This document shows, piece after piece, positions 12,103-26,070 of a stretch of DNA of 64,000 bases. Source of the DNA: Octopus vulgaris (lineage: Eukaryota); contig OX597819.1 in the NCBI GenBank assembly GCA_951406725.2, positions 12,028,001 to 12,092,000 on the forward strand, in the 5' to 3' direction. How positions within the stretch are numbered: the first letter of the stretch is position 1; each line of letters begins with the position of its first letter. The notes beneath the pieces were generated by a model that worked only from the letters and a program-made list of their open reading frames with translations, was not told where the DNA came from and ran no database searches. The position numbers and the translations under genes were made by a program.

Positions 12103-12702
12103 GTTAAATGAAATGAGATAACAAGGCCAAGGCAGTGTGATATTTCTAAGACATTTATAAAGAGAAAAGTAGTCTTACAGCTGTTTCAGGGATATAAAAG
12201 ATGTCCCATCATCAGAGATGGTATAAAAGAGTTTCAATATCAGGAAATAGTAGAGTTCATTATATTTGAAGTTATTTAGGAAAGGTAGAGATACAGGAAG
12301 TATAAGGGGAAATACGAGAATAAAAATATATGTTAGATGTTAAAGTTACTGTTCTATTATCCAAGCAAAATATCAACTCCTATCGGAATTTACACACCAT
12401 GAACAAGAAGCCTCTTCACCCATTCTACACAGCACATTCCTTGGATAATGGAACAGCGACTTTAACATCCAACATATATTTTTATTCTCATATTTTCCTT
12501 TATACTTCCTGTAACTCTCCCTTTCCAAAATAACTTCTTATATTGAACTCTACTATTACCTTCTTGTTAACTCTCTCTCGTATCGCCTCTGATGGTGGGA
12601 TATCTTTTGTATCCCTGAAACAGCTGTAAGACTACTTCTCTCTTTATAAAGGTCTTAGAAATATCACACTGTCTTGGCCTTGTTATCTCATTTTATTTAA
12701 CA
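12103..12702. mobile_element. Inverted pair of PLE-type terminal repeats with hammerhead motifs
   Basis: About 12103-12270 is the reverse complement of about 12540-12702; CTGATGA..GAAACAGCTGTA at 12172-12219(-) and a CTGATGG variant at 12586-12633(+). Confidence 0.7.
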
Positions 12703-13160
12703 TATACATGCTCACACACGACCCGCATCAGACTCATCTCTCATACTATTATCGAACCGAGAGTCTAACAGTGGTCCTTCTGTAGCACTTACATAGCCTT
12801 ACCTGCCTTTTAGGTCTTCTGGATACCAAAACTTCTCATATGTGTGTATATATTATGCGCGCATTAACAGTGAAATATCGTGTATGCATATATGGTGTGT
12901 ATATGTGTGATACTACTAAGATAAACTAGAACTCAATACATGCTACCATATGCTTTTATTTTTTAATATAAACCCTACGATGATACCAACATCTCGAACT
13001 TAACGGCTTTCATCAAAAGCAGACGTACGTGCGTGTGTGTGTGTGTGTGTGTTCATTATCATATTTACATTTATTCTTGATAATAATGTTCTTTTTTCAT
13101 CTTCTTAATGATATGTTTTTTAGTAATTATTATTTGTATCTTTTTTATTTTATAATGAAG

Positions 13161-13685
13161 GGTCCGAATACTTTAACCCAGAAACTCCTCCGGCAAATCA
13201 ACGAGTCCGGACGTCTTCACATGGTCCCTGCCCTGTTGAACGAACATTACATCATTCGATTTGCCATCTGTGCGCAAAATGCAGACGACAGTGACATCAT
13301 CTATGCATGGCAGACGATCTCAAAAATCGCTGACGAGTTGTTGGCCAGTCGAGAACGAGAATCAAGCGTGCGTGAATCGAGGCGAATTGCTTTGTCCGAC
13401 ACAAGCGAAGAAGGCGAATCGGCTGAAGAAGAAGAAGTTTTTCTCGAATTTGATAAAGAGAATATCTACGACAATCAGCAACTCAACTTCCAGAGGGCTC
13501 GAATGCGTCGCAACCTTTTCCTGCGCATGGTATCTGACCCTAAATCATATAGCCCTCACATGATGAAGTCTTATAGCATTGATGATTCGTCCAGTCGTCT
13601 TCCGAGTGATACACCCAGCGAAACTGGTTCCACTAACAGCACCAAACGTTCGCCGAAAACACCACAACAGGCCACTCCTTTATAA
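13161..13685 (+). CDS. TDC: Tyrosine decarboxylase terminal coding exon with C-terminal extension
   Basis: aag|GGT CCG AAT..TAA; GPNTLTQKLLRQINESGRLHMVPA...IIRFAIC, then FLRMVSDPKSY as in invertebrate TDC tails. Confidence 0.92.
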   Translation, partial: GPNTLTQKLLRQINESGRLHMVPALLNEHYIIRFAICAQNADDSDIIYAWQTISKIADELLASRERESSVRESRRIALSDTSEEGESAEEEEVFLEFDKENIYDNQQLNFQRARMRRNLFLRMVSDPKSYSPHMMKSYSIDDSSSRLPSDTPSETGSTNSTKRSPKTPQQATPL

Positions 13686-15110
13686 TCCAATCTATTTTAA
13701 GATTTTAGAATTTATGGGGTGATGAGTGGGACCTTTGAAGGTATCTGGATACCCTGTTTTAGCCGGTTTCTTTTCCTGGTGACTGTTTTTGGTGTTAATT
13801 TGTACGTTATTTGATTGATTGTTTGCTTGCTTGATCAAACTAGTTTCTTTTTGTCGTATATGATGGTCAATTTGTGTTGAGCGTTATAGAGAAGATGAAT
13901 GCTTGATTCATGATTTACACACACACACATACACATAAATACATACACACACAAATATATACACCAACGCAAACACAATTATTTATATCAATTATATATA
14001 TATATACACGCAAATAGTTATTAGGTAGAAAGGAGAGCTCAGATGGCCAAATCGATAAGGTATCTGTTAACAGCCCAAGTGACACAAACGCTTGATTATA
14101 TATCTTAATCTTTTTTTAAGTAAGTTATTGTTAAAATAACTTATAACTTATTGATCTGTTAACCTAAGTTCGTGTTTCTTTGTTCAATTATTCATTTCGA
14201 CTGGTTCATATCCATTGTATTTAGATATCCTAAACAAATCCTTACTTCTGACCTAAGAGTTTGAATGCCCCTTACACAATGCCTTAGTCACGTGACATAA
14301 TTATTTCTGAAATTTGCTGAAATTCGAACAGTAATTGCCTAAGTGAGATGTGACTTAGTTATAAGCGTTAGAAATACATTTTCTGTGTTCGAAGCCAGAC
14401 TACATGTGTATATAGAGCACAAAAAATTATCGTTGATTGGAGCAATGATGAAGCAGTATGAGGAGAAAGCTGTGTGGTGTGCGGAAGATGAGGGTTTATG
14501 CGATGGAGATATTATACAATTACATATACTTATCCCGTCGTCTTTGTTCGTCACATTCAAAGTATATCATTATTATTTAACCACGCCTACCCTGATTGAA
14601 GAAGCCAATCATTGAAGGCGTTGCAACTATGAAACACTCTTTTTTTTTTTCTTTTTAGTTAGAGTTTACTTAACCACGTGATCTAACGTGTTCTTTTTAA
14701 AAAACAGGAATGTGTCCTTTGAGAGTGAGAGGGGGAGGAGCAGAAGAGTGAAACAGAGAGATAAACAGAGAAATTCTAACGGGTCGAGCAGCCACATAGA
14801 GTTTCCTTTATTAGTTCGTTCCGAGTAAATGGCAGGAATGTTAGTAATTAGTCAAGGAGAGTCCATTATTCCTAGTCTTCTTGAGTCAACAAAGGAGTAC
14901 AAAAAGAAAAACTGATGGGTTTTTTTTTTATCGTTTGTTACTTTGAAGAATTCAGTGGATTTAGGTAAAAATTAAACAGATTACAGCTTAGGGTTTACCT
15001 GTCTGGAAGGGTCTATCAAAATCTCGGTATTTTCTTTTCATTCATTACAGTGTTATTAGAGTTCGTATTTGAGTGATAATTTAAACCAGTTTTTGCCTCA
15101 ATCTAATAAT

Positions 15111-15255
15111 TATAAGGTTGTCCCAAAAGTTCGTAGAAAGTCTTGGAAAATAATGGTCTTTATTTTGAGGAATAATTTTTGTTGTTTTTGTTAGTACTTG
15201 GCGGGTAAAAATTCAATTTTCGCAAGTGTTTACGAACTTTTGGGACAACCTAATA
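15111..15255. mobile_element. Mariner-type MITE
   Basis: TIR AGGTTGTCCCAAAAGTTCGTA at both ends, TA-flanked. Confidence 0.8.
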
Positions 15256-15416
15256 TTTAAACAATTAAAACAGGAAATCTTACTTAACTAAAAGTTTATG
15301 AAATTATTTTGCTCTTTTAATTTAAAGACATTTCGTCATTTGAATTACAGCGAACGAATTTCCAGTTTCTTATTTTTTCTTATTGAAATTGCATAATTAA
15401 AAACATAATTTTAAAG

Positions 15417-16090
15417 CAGTTCTATATTTAAGAGATGGGGAATTATGTATGTTAGTTACATTATTTACATTTGACGGATATTTTTCCTCATCTTGTACGG
15501 ATATTTGTACCTCATCATGCAGCTGTGGTAGGTTATACAAAGGCGAAACATGCCGCCCCTTCAAAATAAAGGTAGAGGAACATCGCAAAGCTGTGACACG
15601 AGGAGATATTGATAAATCGAGTATAGCTGTTCATGTATGGAAAAATGGAGACCACCTCCCTCTGTGGGATGAAGTTAAAATAATAGACAGAAAACACCAC
15701 TGGAAAATACGAAAACTAAAAGAAGCAGCACATATGCTAGGACACAACCTCCTAAGCAGACCGAGTGCAGATATGAACAGCATATGGGAACCAGTATTAA
15801 CGAAAGGATAGGAGAATATTAGATTTATAAGCTCTAAAATGTACTCTATAATTGCTCACGGGCATGTGGCGTAGTGGTTAAGAGCGCGGGCTACAAAACC
15901 CAAAATTCCGAGTTCGACCTTAATAATAATAAAAATAATAATGATAGCATCGAAAAATACGTTAGAAATGAGAACCCAGGTTCGAAATTTCCCCCAAGAC
16001 ACCTGATGAAAGCTGGAGGATATATCAACCGAAACGTTGTATTAGCGACAAACAAGATAAGGACAAATATCCGTCAAATATAAATAATTT
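15417..16090 (+). mobile_element. Penelope-like element 3' end: GIY-YIG domain, tRNA-like segment, hammerhead-bearing terminal repeat
   Basis: CSCGRLYKGETCRPFKIKVEEH...SSIAVHVW...RKLKEA; inverted terminal fragment 15417-15497; hammerhead 15999-16042. Confidence 0.8.
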
Positions 16091-17246
16091 TAAATATTTA
16101 ATTTTCCAAAAGTTTATTATGTATTTTGACGGCAATCTTGACAAATTCAGTCATTACACAGTCTTATTCTATGTTAACAATTGCCAAATAGGACCTGTAC
16201 AAGATGCTATAGCTTAAGGCCTCACCATGTCTCAATCCGACCAGTTGGCTGGTTCGGAAAAAAAATGCAAGCAAGGCAGTATGAAGTGCCGCGTTAACAT
16301 TACGTTCAGAGACAACAAATCAAGTAATGGAATTTCACGAGCAGGCTGTTCCGTTGATTCGGATCAACCGGAACCCTCATCGTCGTAACCGACGGAGTGC
16401 TTCCACATACATACATACATACATGCATGCATGCATGCATGTATGTATGTATGTATGTATGTATGTATGCATGCATGCATGCATGCATGCATGCATGCAT
16501 GCATGTAAGTAAGTAAGTAAGTAATATTGGATAGGGATGCTACAGAATATGTACCGAGTGGGTTGTGGTCTATTCAGGATAAAATGTTGTGTTGACTCAC
16601 AATACTGAAGAACAGATGAAATGTAGTCTTGGTGTTAAGATTCTGGGGTAACAGTGAAAAAAGTGTCGACCATCCGAACCCCGCGTTATTCTGAACTCCT
16701 TGTAAAAATCAAAAATACCTTCTACTGGTTCGGGCTGTTGTCTAAATATGCAGCGGCATGGGGAGGCACGGCTCTCTTATGAATAACTATATAATCGTTT
16801 AGTACTGATAGTGTTTATCCCTGGGTCAGCTCGTGCAAAGCATTTCATCTTTCACTCTTCCAGCCGTCCTCTTTTTTTCTTTTTCTTTTATTTTTATATG
16901 AATCTAAGACTAGATTATCCTGTAATCCAGTGTCATTCACTTACTTTTTAAGGCGATAGGTATGATAAAATAATTTAGCTGCTGTTTCTAGCATGTCTAG
17001 TGACTACGTATTGGCTCCGTCTAAAGAGAAAACTAAGCAACAATCTATGCCCCTGTTTGTGTAATACTGAAAAATACTGGCGATATATGGAGGATTATCT
17101 GTGTAATATGATGACACACGGGGATTACAGAAGCAATAATACTTATTAACATAAAATGAGAGAGATCTGTATAATTGGATAATTCAAATTCAATACTTTT
17201 AAACACACATCAATAAAAAAATAGCGAATGTCTAATAATAATAATC

Positions 17247-17451
17247 CTGTTCTATATTTAAGAGATGAAGAATTATCTACATTATTTACATTTGACGGAT
17301 ATTTGTCCTCATTTTGTTTGTTGTTAACACAACGTTTCGGCTGATATGTACCCTCCAGCCTTCATCAGGTGTCTTGGAGAAATTTCGAACCTGGGTTCTC
17401 ATTCCTAAGATATTTTTCGATGTAGTTGTTGTTGTTATTATTATTATTATT

Positions 17452-17484
<33 letters not shown>

Positions 17485-17560
17485 ATTATTATTATTATTA
17501 TTATTATTAGCCATATGCCCGTGGGCATAGCGGTTAAGAGCGCGGGATTCCAGGCAGTGA

Positions 17561-17566
<6 letters not shown>
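17247..17566. mobile_element. Solo terminal-repeat copy of the same PLE family, inverted arrangement
   Basis: Intact hammerhead ACAC-CTGATGA-AGGCTG..CAGCC-GAAACGTT-GTGT at 17327-17372(-). Confidence 0.75.
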
Positions 17567-18525
<959 letters not shown>

Positions 18526-18826
18526 TTACATACCAAACAGGCAAAAAAATATTAAAATACCACCAGAACCAACAAAAAAATTATTATCTCACAACAAAAC
18601 AGAACTGATGTCGCATACGAATACAATTCTGCATATTCCACGGACAATGCATCAGAATCATCAGGAGCATTGATGTGCATCTGGGGGTGAAGGAGAAACT
18701 CGCATGAACATATTAACAATATGATTCTATTGTATAACTGAAAAATATTATAAATACATACAGTATACATTCTATATAATCATCACCCACTGCGATAACC
18801 CACACATAGTACATATTCTATACAAT

Positions 18827-18889
<63 letters not shown>

Positions 18890-19145
18890 CAATTCAATCG
18901 CCGACCAATGTATTCAGTACTATAACTATCAAATACTATATATATACCCAATACAATCAATGGCAAGTACAATACTTGACCCAACACTATGTAACACAAC
19001 ACACATATTCTACACAATCCTACCCACTAATGCTGTATATGCCAGTATATACGCAAACGCAATCATGACCAACCACTGTAGACCACAACCCACTCGGTAC
19101 ATATTCTGTAGCATCCCTATCCAATATTATATAATACATACATGT

Positions 19146-19472
19146 ACAATGGCCCAGTGGTTAGGGCATACGGACTCGCGGTTTCGATTCCCAGACCGGG
19201 CATTGTGAGTGTTTATTGAGCGAAAACACCTAAAGCTCCACGAGGCTCCGGCAGGGATGGTGGTGATCCCTGCTGTACTCTTTCACCACAATCTTACTTC
19301 CTGTTTCTGTTGTACTTGTATTTCAAAGGGGCCATACTCTCTGTGTACGCTGAATATAGAATACGTTAGGGTACACGTGTCTGTAGTGCTCAGCCACTTG
19401 CACGTTAATTCCACGAGCAGGCTGTTCCGTTATCGTATCAGCTGGGACTCTCATCGTCGTAACCGACGGAGT
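19146..19472 (+). mobile_element. SINE family A, degenerate
   Basis: Collinear with other family A copies, with internal deletions. Confidence 0.75.
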
Positions 19473-19485
19473 ATATACTAATACA

Positions 19486-19519
<34 letters not shown>

Positions 19520-19590
19520 CATACATACATACATACATATATACATACATACATACATACATACATACATACATACATACATGTATATAC

Positions 19591-21392
19591 ATGGCGCCGT
19601 CAACATCAGACATGCAGGCGTAGGGAGCCGTTTAAATTGTTCTTTTGAACGATTTCCTTCTACATTTATGCCGGCTCCTCCAGCCTAAATCAGTAACTGC
19701 TTTATTTCTCCCATTATGAATAAGAAAAACATTGTACTTACCAACTGTAGCGTTATTTTAAAGATATACCTTATACCAGGTGGAATTTTGCTAACATGGT
19801 AATGGCTGAAACTATAACAGTAACACCACGACGGAAACAACATTGCAACACCAGTAAACTAAGCAGACGTACGTACTCCTCTCATTTTACTTGGACCCTA
19901 CATCTAAACTACATCTAAACCGAGATCTACTTCGATGCTATGAAAAAGCCCGTGAAGACCCTTCTATCGGATATACCAAGCGGTTAATAAAATACTGAGA
20001 CGGATCTTACCCCGACTTAAGTACCTTTACTGCGAAACATCTTCGACAACAAGCATCTTATTTTAAGAGAATAATGACTTGCTCCCGTGACGTAAATCGA
20101 TCTTTTCATAACGCTGAAAACTGGCCACAACCAGCCAAAACCAGAGAGATCGACAATAATGTGAACAAACCGCTCCAAATGTAGCTGAGTTAACAGAGAT
20201 AAGTGTGGAATATATTCGACTTAGAAATATCCCGAAACCACAGTTCAAAGATAACTTTTCTTTTCTTTTTCTTTTTTTCCGAAACTATCGTTATGCGACA
20301 GGCCATTATTAACACGTTTAAGAACAAAATCCAAAAGCTCTGGTGTTGAAAGCTATCGACGATGTCGTTGAAGATCATATGGAATGATGTGATGTTAATT
20401 ACTGGAATATTATTACCGTCACTGCCATCACTTTTAAAGCACACCTAGAACAAATCTGCAATACACATGGTAATGAACCGACTAAATGGAAAGAAACAGT
20501 CGTTTCCCTGAAGCAACCTAGATGGAAAACTAAACTAGAAGAAAACATCGGCAATCTACGCCACCATATTGGATGGTTAAACACGACAATTAAATGTAAG
20601 AAGAATGATGAATATACACCTCATCACTTACATCTTATAAAGAAATTAAGAAAACAGTATGGTGACTCTTCATACCGAGCTCTTGAGGAGTGGTTCATTA
20701 CTTTAAAACATGGACTCGGGTTTCTCAGCGAAAATCTTCGCTACAGCAGTCGAATTTTGAGCGAGTTTGTATAAATCGCAGGTTTGCTTCTAAGCCACAG
20801 ACAATAAAGAAATAGTGAAGGAAAATATTACCGTTAATAAATCCCTCTCGCAAGAAGATTTTGAATCATTTTGGTTGAAAATCTGGAAGGAAAAGAGGAA
20901 TCTCAACCTCAATGCATCGTGGCTAAATGTAGTAAAGAGAGAATGCTGCACCAACATCAACAGTAAAATATATGTTATTGACCCGGAAACTTTCGTCTGA
21001 GCTGTAGGCAAGCTGCATGATAGGAAGGCACCTGGAGGGGATCTAATAGTTGGATACTTGTACAAGAGGCAGACATTTTACAGGGAACCACTAGTAAGTA
21101 TATTCAAAAGAACTATAGAAGACCAGACAGACATACCAGACTGGCTTGCTATAGCACGGATGAATCTTGTAACTAAGAATGAAACCACACAGAGTTAGCT
21201 GAAAACTATTGGCCCGTTTCCTGCCTAAACCTTTGGTACAAATTGTACGCAAGCTATTTCAGCCAATTCCTCCAGGGTCACTGTGAGTCCAACAACATAG
21301 TGACTGATTAGCATGCCGGTAGAAAGAAGGGAGTGAGGGGATGTGCCGAACAACCTCTGATAAACAAAGCTGTACTGTCTGAGGTAAAAACA

Positions 21393-21451
<59 letters not shown>

Positions 21452-22517
21452 CTCTCTCTCCCTCTCATTCTCTCTCTCAGACAGCACTTGCTAAACAACA
21501 GCTACAAAAATAAATACATTAAATGAGTGTTGGAAAGCGAAGAAAACAATATCTTACGTGTTGCTCCTCAGGAAGCACTCACTTCCTGACGACCTCCCAT
21601 ACAACCCCAAATCAGCCGAACGAGCACACCTCAAAGAAGAGCTGGAGTTGAAACATTTTGCATACAAAAAAAAAATAGACCATACATGAATACGTTCCCC
21701 GAACACTTGAAAGAGTCAATAACATTGACATGAAAAGAAGCCTCTCTTGGACTCGTGACCGAAACACCACATCACACTTCGTATACTATGCATTTGCGAT
21801 CCAGGAACCGAGGATTGTTACTAAATACCTAAGAGACAGTGAAGCCCTTCGATTCTAAGACGTAGATTATGTCATATTCTTGTGGAAGTCATCACACATG
21901 TGACTAGCAGATTCCAAAAAAAACGTCAGCAAGCTACTACGACACGACATTGTCGCAAAAATAGTATAGAACGCCATCTGGAAAAAGACTGTCCTGGAAT
22001 AAATATAGAGAATTCCCTGTTATTGAATAGGTGGACAAACAGCAGAAAAAGGAATACTGGTGGAACATTCCCATCAAGGTATCTATCAAGTGTAAGCATA
22101 ACAAAAGGGATATTGTTGTCTAGAACAGAAAATAAAAGTATATACTGTCATAAAGGTCAGCTGTCCTTCTGATGTAAATATCTCTTTGAAAATCAAAGAG
22201 GAAGAAGATAACTATGGACAACTGCTTCCAGATTATAAATTTCCGTTTATACCAATAATAATTGGTGTACTTGGTTTTGTAAGCAATTGCTTAACTATCA
22301 GTCTAGACAAGCTTGGATTTTCAAAAAGAGAAATTGACCAACTGACTCGTACGTTACAAATACAGTCTATGAGCGAAGCAGTAAAACTATGCAAGACTAT
22401 TCTCAGGTTTAAAATGTGACATTGTCTTCGTTATCTACATTCCAAAGACGGAGCTTTGTATCTTAGAAACCAGCTCCTTCCTCAAAGGAAGAATTTAAAT
22501 AATTAAAAATGGAAAAA
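19591..22517 (+). mobile_element. Degenerate R4/Dong-clade non-LTR retrotransposon, internally deleted
   Basis: Frameshifted RT N-part (FWLKIW, KAPGGD, IPDWL, NYWPVSCLNLWYKL, EQPLINKAV); C-terminal RLCH..E..TH, RHDIV and FIPIIIGVLG of a restriction-like endonuclease. Confidence 0.72.
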
Positions 22518-22692
22518 TACATACATACATACATACATACATACATACATGCATACATACACACACATACATACATACATATATATATAAACATATACAC
22601 ATATATAGTTGGAATTTGCAAAAAGACAAAAGACGAAGACAGGTGTGTAAACAACAAACAGGTGTATTAGTTTGTATACATATATTACATAT

Positions 22693-22737
<45 letters not shown>

Positions 22738-22877
22738 AATATATATCTATATATAAACACATACGCGCACACATACACACACACACATATATATATATAC
22801 ATATACCCAATACACTCAGTACACAATGTAACACTACATAAATCCATTACACAAATACTACCCTATTAATATACATA

Positions 22878-22921
<44 letters not shown>

Positions 22922-22926
<5 letters not shown>

Positions 22927-23030
22927 TTTATTTAAAAGCAGCAGAAATATAACAAAAGCTGTTACTCGGAGTTTCACGTTCCCTGAGTAACAGCTTTTGT
23001 TATATATCTGCTGCTTTTAAATAAAGTATA
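22922..23030. repeat. Short palindrome (arms about 47 bp) between (TA)n tracts
   Basis: TATACTTTATTTAAAAGCAGCAGA..GTTACTC / GAGTAAC..TCTGCTGCTTTTAAATAAAGTATA. Confidence 0.8.
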
Positions 23031-23095
23031 TTACTCTACCTCTGGTATTTGAGTACCCTTTTTTCCACCTTGTTTCACATTTATGTGCTTACTCC

Positions 23096-23149
<54 letters not shown>

Positions 23150-23769
23150 AGTATATACCAAATGTAAATACCACACTACGCAACTGAGTATACATATAAC
23201 CGACACAATATTAAGATATATGCAATAATAATGTAGCACGGTATACAACCAACAGAATTTCTGTCAAAAAATAATTCCAATGATTCGGGGAACCCAATCG
23301 AATGAGGGAGCCTCCACAAAGTCTCACGACCAGGTAGATGTAGCAGCAATCGCTCCCTCAAATCACTTTACTGTCTTGGTAAATGGTGGGGGCGGAGGCA
23401 CATTGATAATGTAGTTCTAGATATGTAATATTCAAGGGAAGGGTGGGATAATCGTGGCAGGAATGCATTTAATGGTAGGTCTGCTCTGCCAGTGCTGACC
23501 GGGAGCTAAAATAGAGACACAACATCAACGTCACACACAATACTGCACCACCTTCTACATATTTCGCATACCAAACAGACCGAACCCTAAAAAAAAAAAC
23601 AGCAAGATAAACCCCACGACAAAACGAAATAGATGTTACTTATACAAGCACCTTGCACACAAAAGACGATGCTGCTTATACCTCAGGAACGAACATGGGA
23701 TGGTGGGATACATCGGACGGCATAAGAGAGACCTAGATGTAACTGCTGAAAACATGATGCAAATAATGA

Positions 23770-24643
23770 TATTGAGTTGATTCAAAAGTTTTGCGATATT
23801 TTGGTAATTTAGTTGCTTTATTGGTCAAGTTACAACAAAAGCCTCGTTGCATTCAAAGTAGAGGCCATCGTGTTGCACCGCCTGAAGCCATCTTTCTATC
23901 AGTTCTTTGATCCCACGCTGAGACCCGTTCTTGTCCTTCGAGGTAAAGAACCCCTTCACTGAAACTTCCATTCCTCTTGGTTGATGAAGCGTGACGAGTG
24001 CAGGAAGTAAGTCATGAATCGGAACAAATAATAATCCGAAGGATAGAATTTCCCTGAAATCCTAACATGCAATCCTAACAAGTGGTTAAGCAAGGACCAG
24101 CTTCCGGAACCTGTCGCCAAGCATGGACGTTTCGAACACAAGGTGATGCTCAGGGTTTTGTGGAATTATGAGGAGGATAATTCACCACGAGTACATTCTG
24201 GATGGTCGAGTCATCGATGCCACCCTGTACTCCGAATAGCTGGAGAGGATGTATGCCATTATGCGACAAAAAATACCCGGAATTGGTGAACAGAAAGCGA
24301 CCTCTTCTACAGCAAAACAACGCAAGACCTCATCCTGCTTGAATAACCCGGAATAAACTCCAGGAACTTGAGGGAATGGAACTAATGCCACACCTAGCAT
24401 ATAGTCCGGACCTAGCCCCCTCGGACTATTATTTGTTCCGATCCATGGCTCACTTCCTGCGCTCGTAATGCTTCATCAACCAAGAGGAGTTCATCGCCTC
24501 GGGCAAAAATTGATATCAACGTGAGATCAATTTCTGCAACTCCATGGTTTCTGCTCTGAATGCTTAATTACTTTTGTTGTAACTTGACGAATAAAGCAAA
24601 TAAGTTACCAAAATATTGCAAAACTTTTGACTCAACACAATAA
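23770..24643. mobile_element. Mariner transposase relic with two inverted 3' ends
   Basis: Plus strand KVMLRVLWN..QQNNARPH..YSPDLAPSDYYLFRSM; minus strand SDYYLFRFM..GIKELIERW; inverted termini of about 70 bp. Confidence 0.85.
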
Positions 24644-25429
24644 TGATTTGCTGTAATTAGAAGTGAAGAAAGAGTGTTTGTAATTTAGTTATTTCTTCCA
24701 GCCGCAATATGACAATTAATGGGTCTTCGTTTTGTTGCCTCATGCTACAGTGAGTATTCTACCAATACCAATCGGACGAGAGTATTTGCTCCTCACACCG
24801 TTGTGATATTGGACAGAGTTGTTTTGAAGATTAAAATATTATTTTTACATCACCACCTTGGGCAGATTCTGGGGGTTATTTGTTGACTTTTAATTTTATT
24901 TTTATTGTTTTTTCATTTAGTGTGATTCTTGTTATTTTTATTGTGAGTTAAAGAAAAGTATTTTAAAATTAAACAAAAAATATAAACCTGGTTTGAGATT
25001 AAAGTTTATTTAATTTTTATGTTTTCGTTCGTTTTTTTCTTTCATTGAACACAAGATTTTCCTTCATTTTTTTTTTTTTAGCTAACGATCCTTTTCTGTC
25101 GTGTTCACGACTTTACTCTATAAATCTCCTTTTCTCCTTAATGACCAACACTCTAGATTTTCATAAAACCAGACTGAAAGAGAACTACACTTCTAAATTA
25201 TTCACCACTGGGCTTTTAGCCCCTAACCTCTTAATAAAAGCAGTTTTGTTGCCCTCGACTTTACCAAAGCTTTCATGAGAGTTTGATGTACAAATCTCTT
25301 GTCAAAAATTCACCCCTAATGGGTGCCATCCATCTCTTATATCTTGGAACAGTGACTTCATGTTTGATGACACTACCAAGACATATACTGTGGGAAATGT
25401 CTCTAACCATTTCTCAAACCCAGACGTGG

Positions 25430-26070
25430 CCCATTGTTTCTGTTTTTGTCCCCCACCCCACACTTCTCCTCCTCCTGCACATCAATGGCAAACTTACTGC
25501 TAGCTCCGACATCACCCACTTCTATGCAGACGATACCATCCGTCATTCTTCCGTAACCTTCAGCACCCAATAGTCGTCCTTATAGAACGTAGACGCCAAA
25601 TTTACACTAACATGAATAGAAACCACCTCCAGTAGAGGGGCACCAATTTCTACGCCTTAACAAAAAAAAAGTCAATATTACTACACATGTCAAGAAGACC
25701 TTATCGCATTTCTAGACATGAATAGCATGCCGCCAGAACCCACCTCCCAATCACTTTAAATGCTAGGCCTCGCCATTACTCAAGGTCCATCCTACGTATA
25801 TTCTCACCATGAAAAAAATCTGCATCACAAAGATTTGCCTTCTAGAACCAGAAAATATTTCAATCCGCCCCACTCCCTCTCTCAACAACAACAAATCTTT
25901 TACGAAGCTCAAGTGAAACACAATGAAACCCTGCTCCCATATCTGGCAGGTCCTGATGCTGCATACACAGTCATCCTATATCGCATCCCACATTGATTAG
26001 TATTAAGTCACCACCGTCACACATCAAACTCTGTTAGACAGGTGTGCTGTTTCCTTTTTTCCGTTTATGC
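25430..26070 (+). mobile_element. Decayed LINE (Jockey/CR1-like) reverse transcriptase fragment
   Basis: PTLLLLLHING..HFYADDT motif with downstream frameshifted remnants. Confidence 0.55.

Noticed and set aside
13029-13160. Hydrophobic N-terminal part of the 218-aa ORF
   Set aside because: Intronic T-rich sequence; family similarity starts at the acceptor before 13161
15855-15920. tRNA-like heads (also in SINE families A, B, C, E) as true tRNA genes
   Set aside because: No complete cloverleaf or acceptor stem; they run directly into repeat bodies
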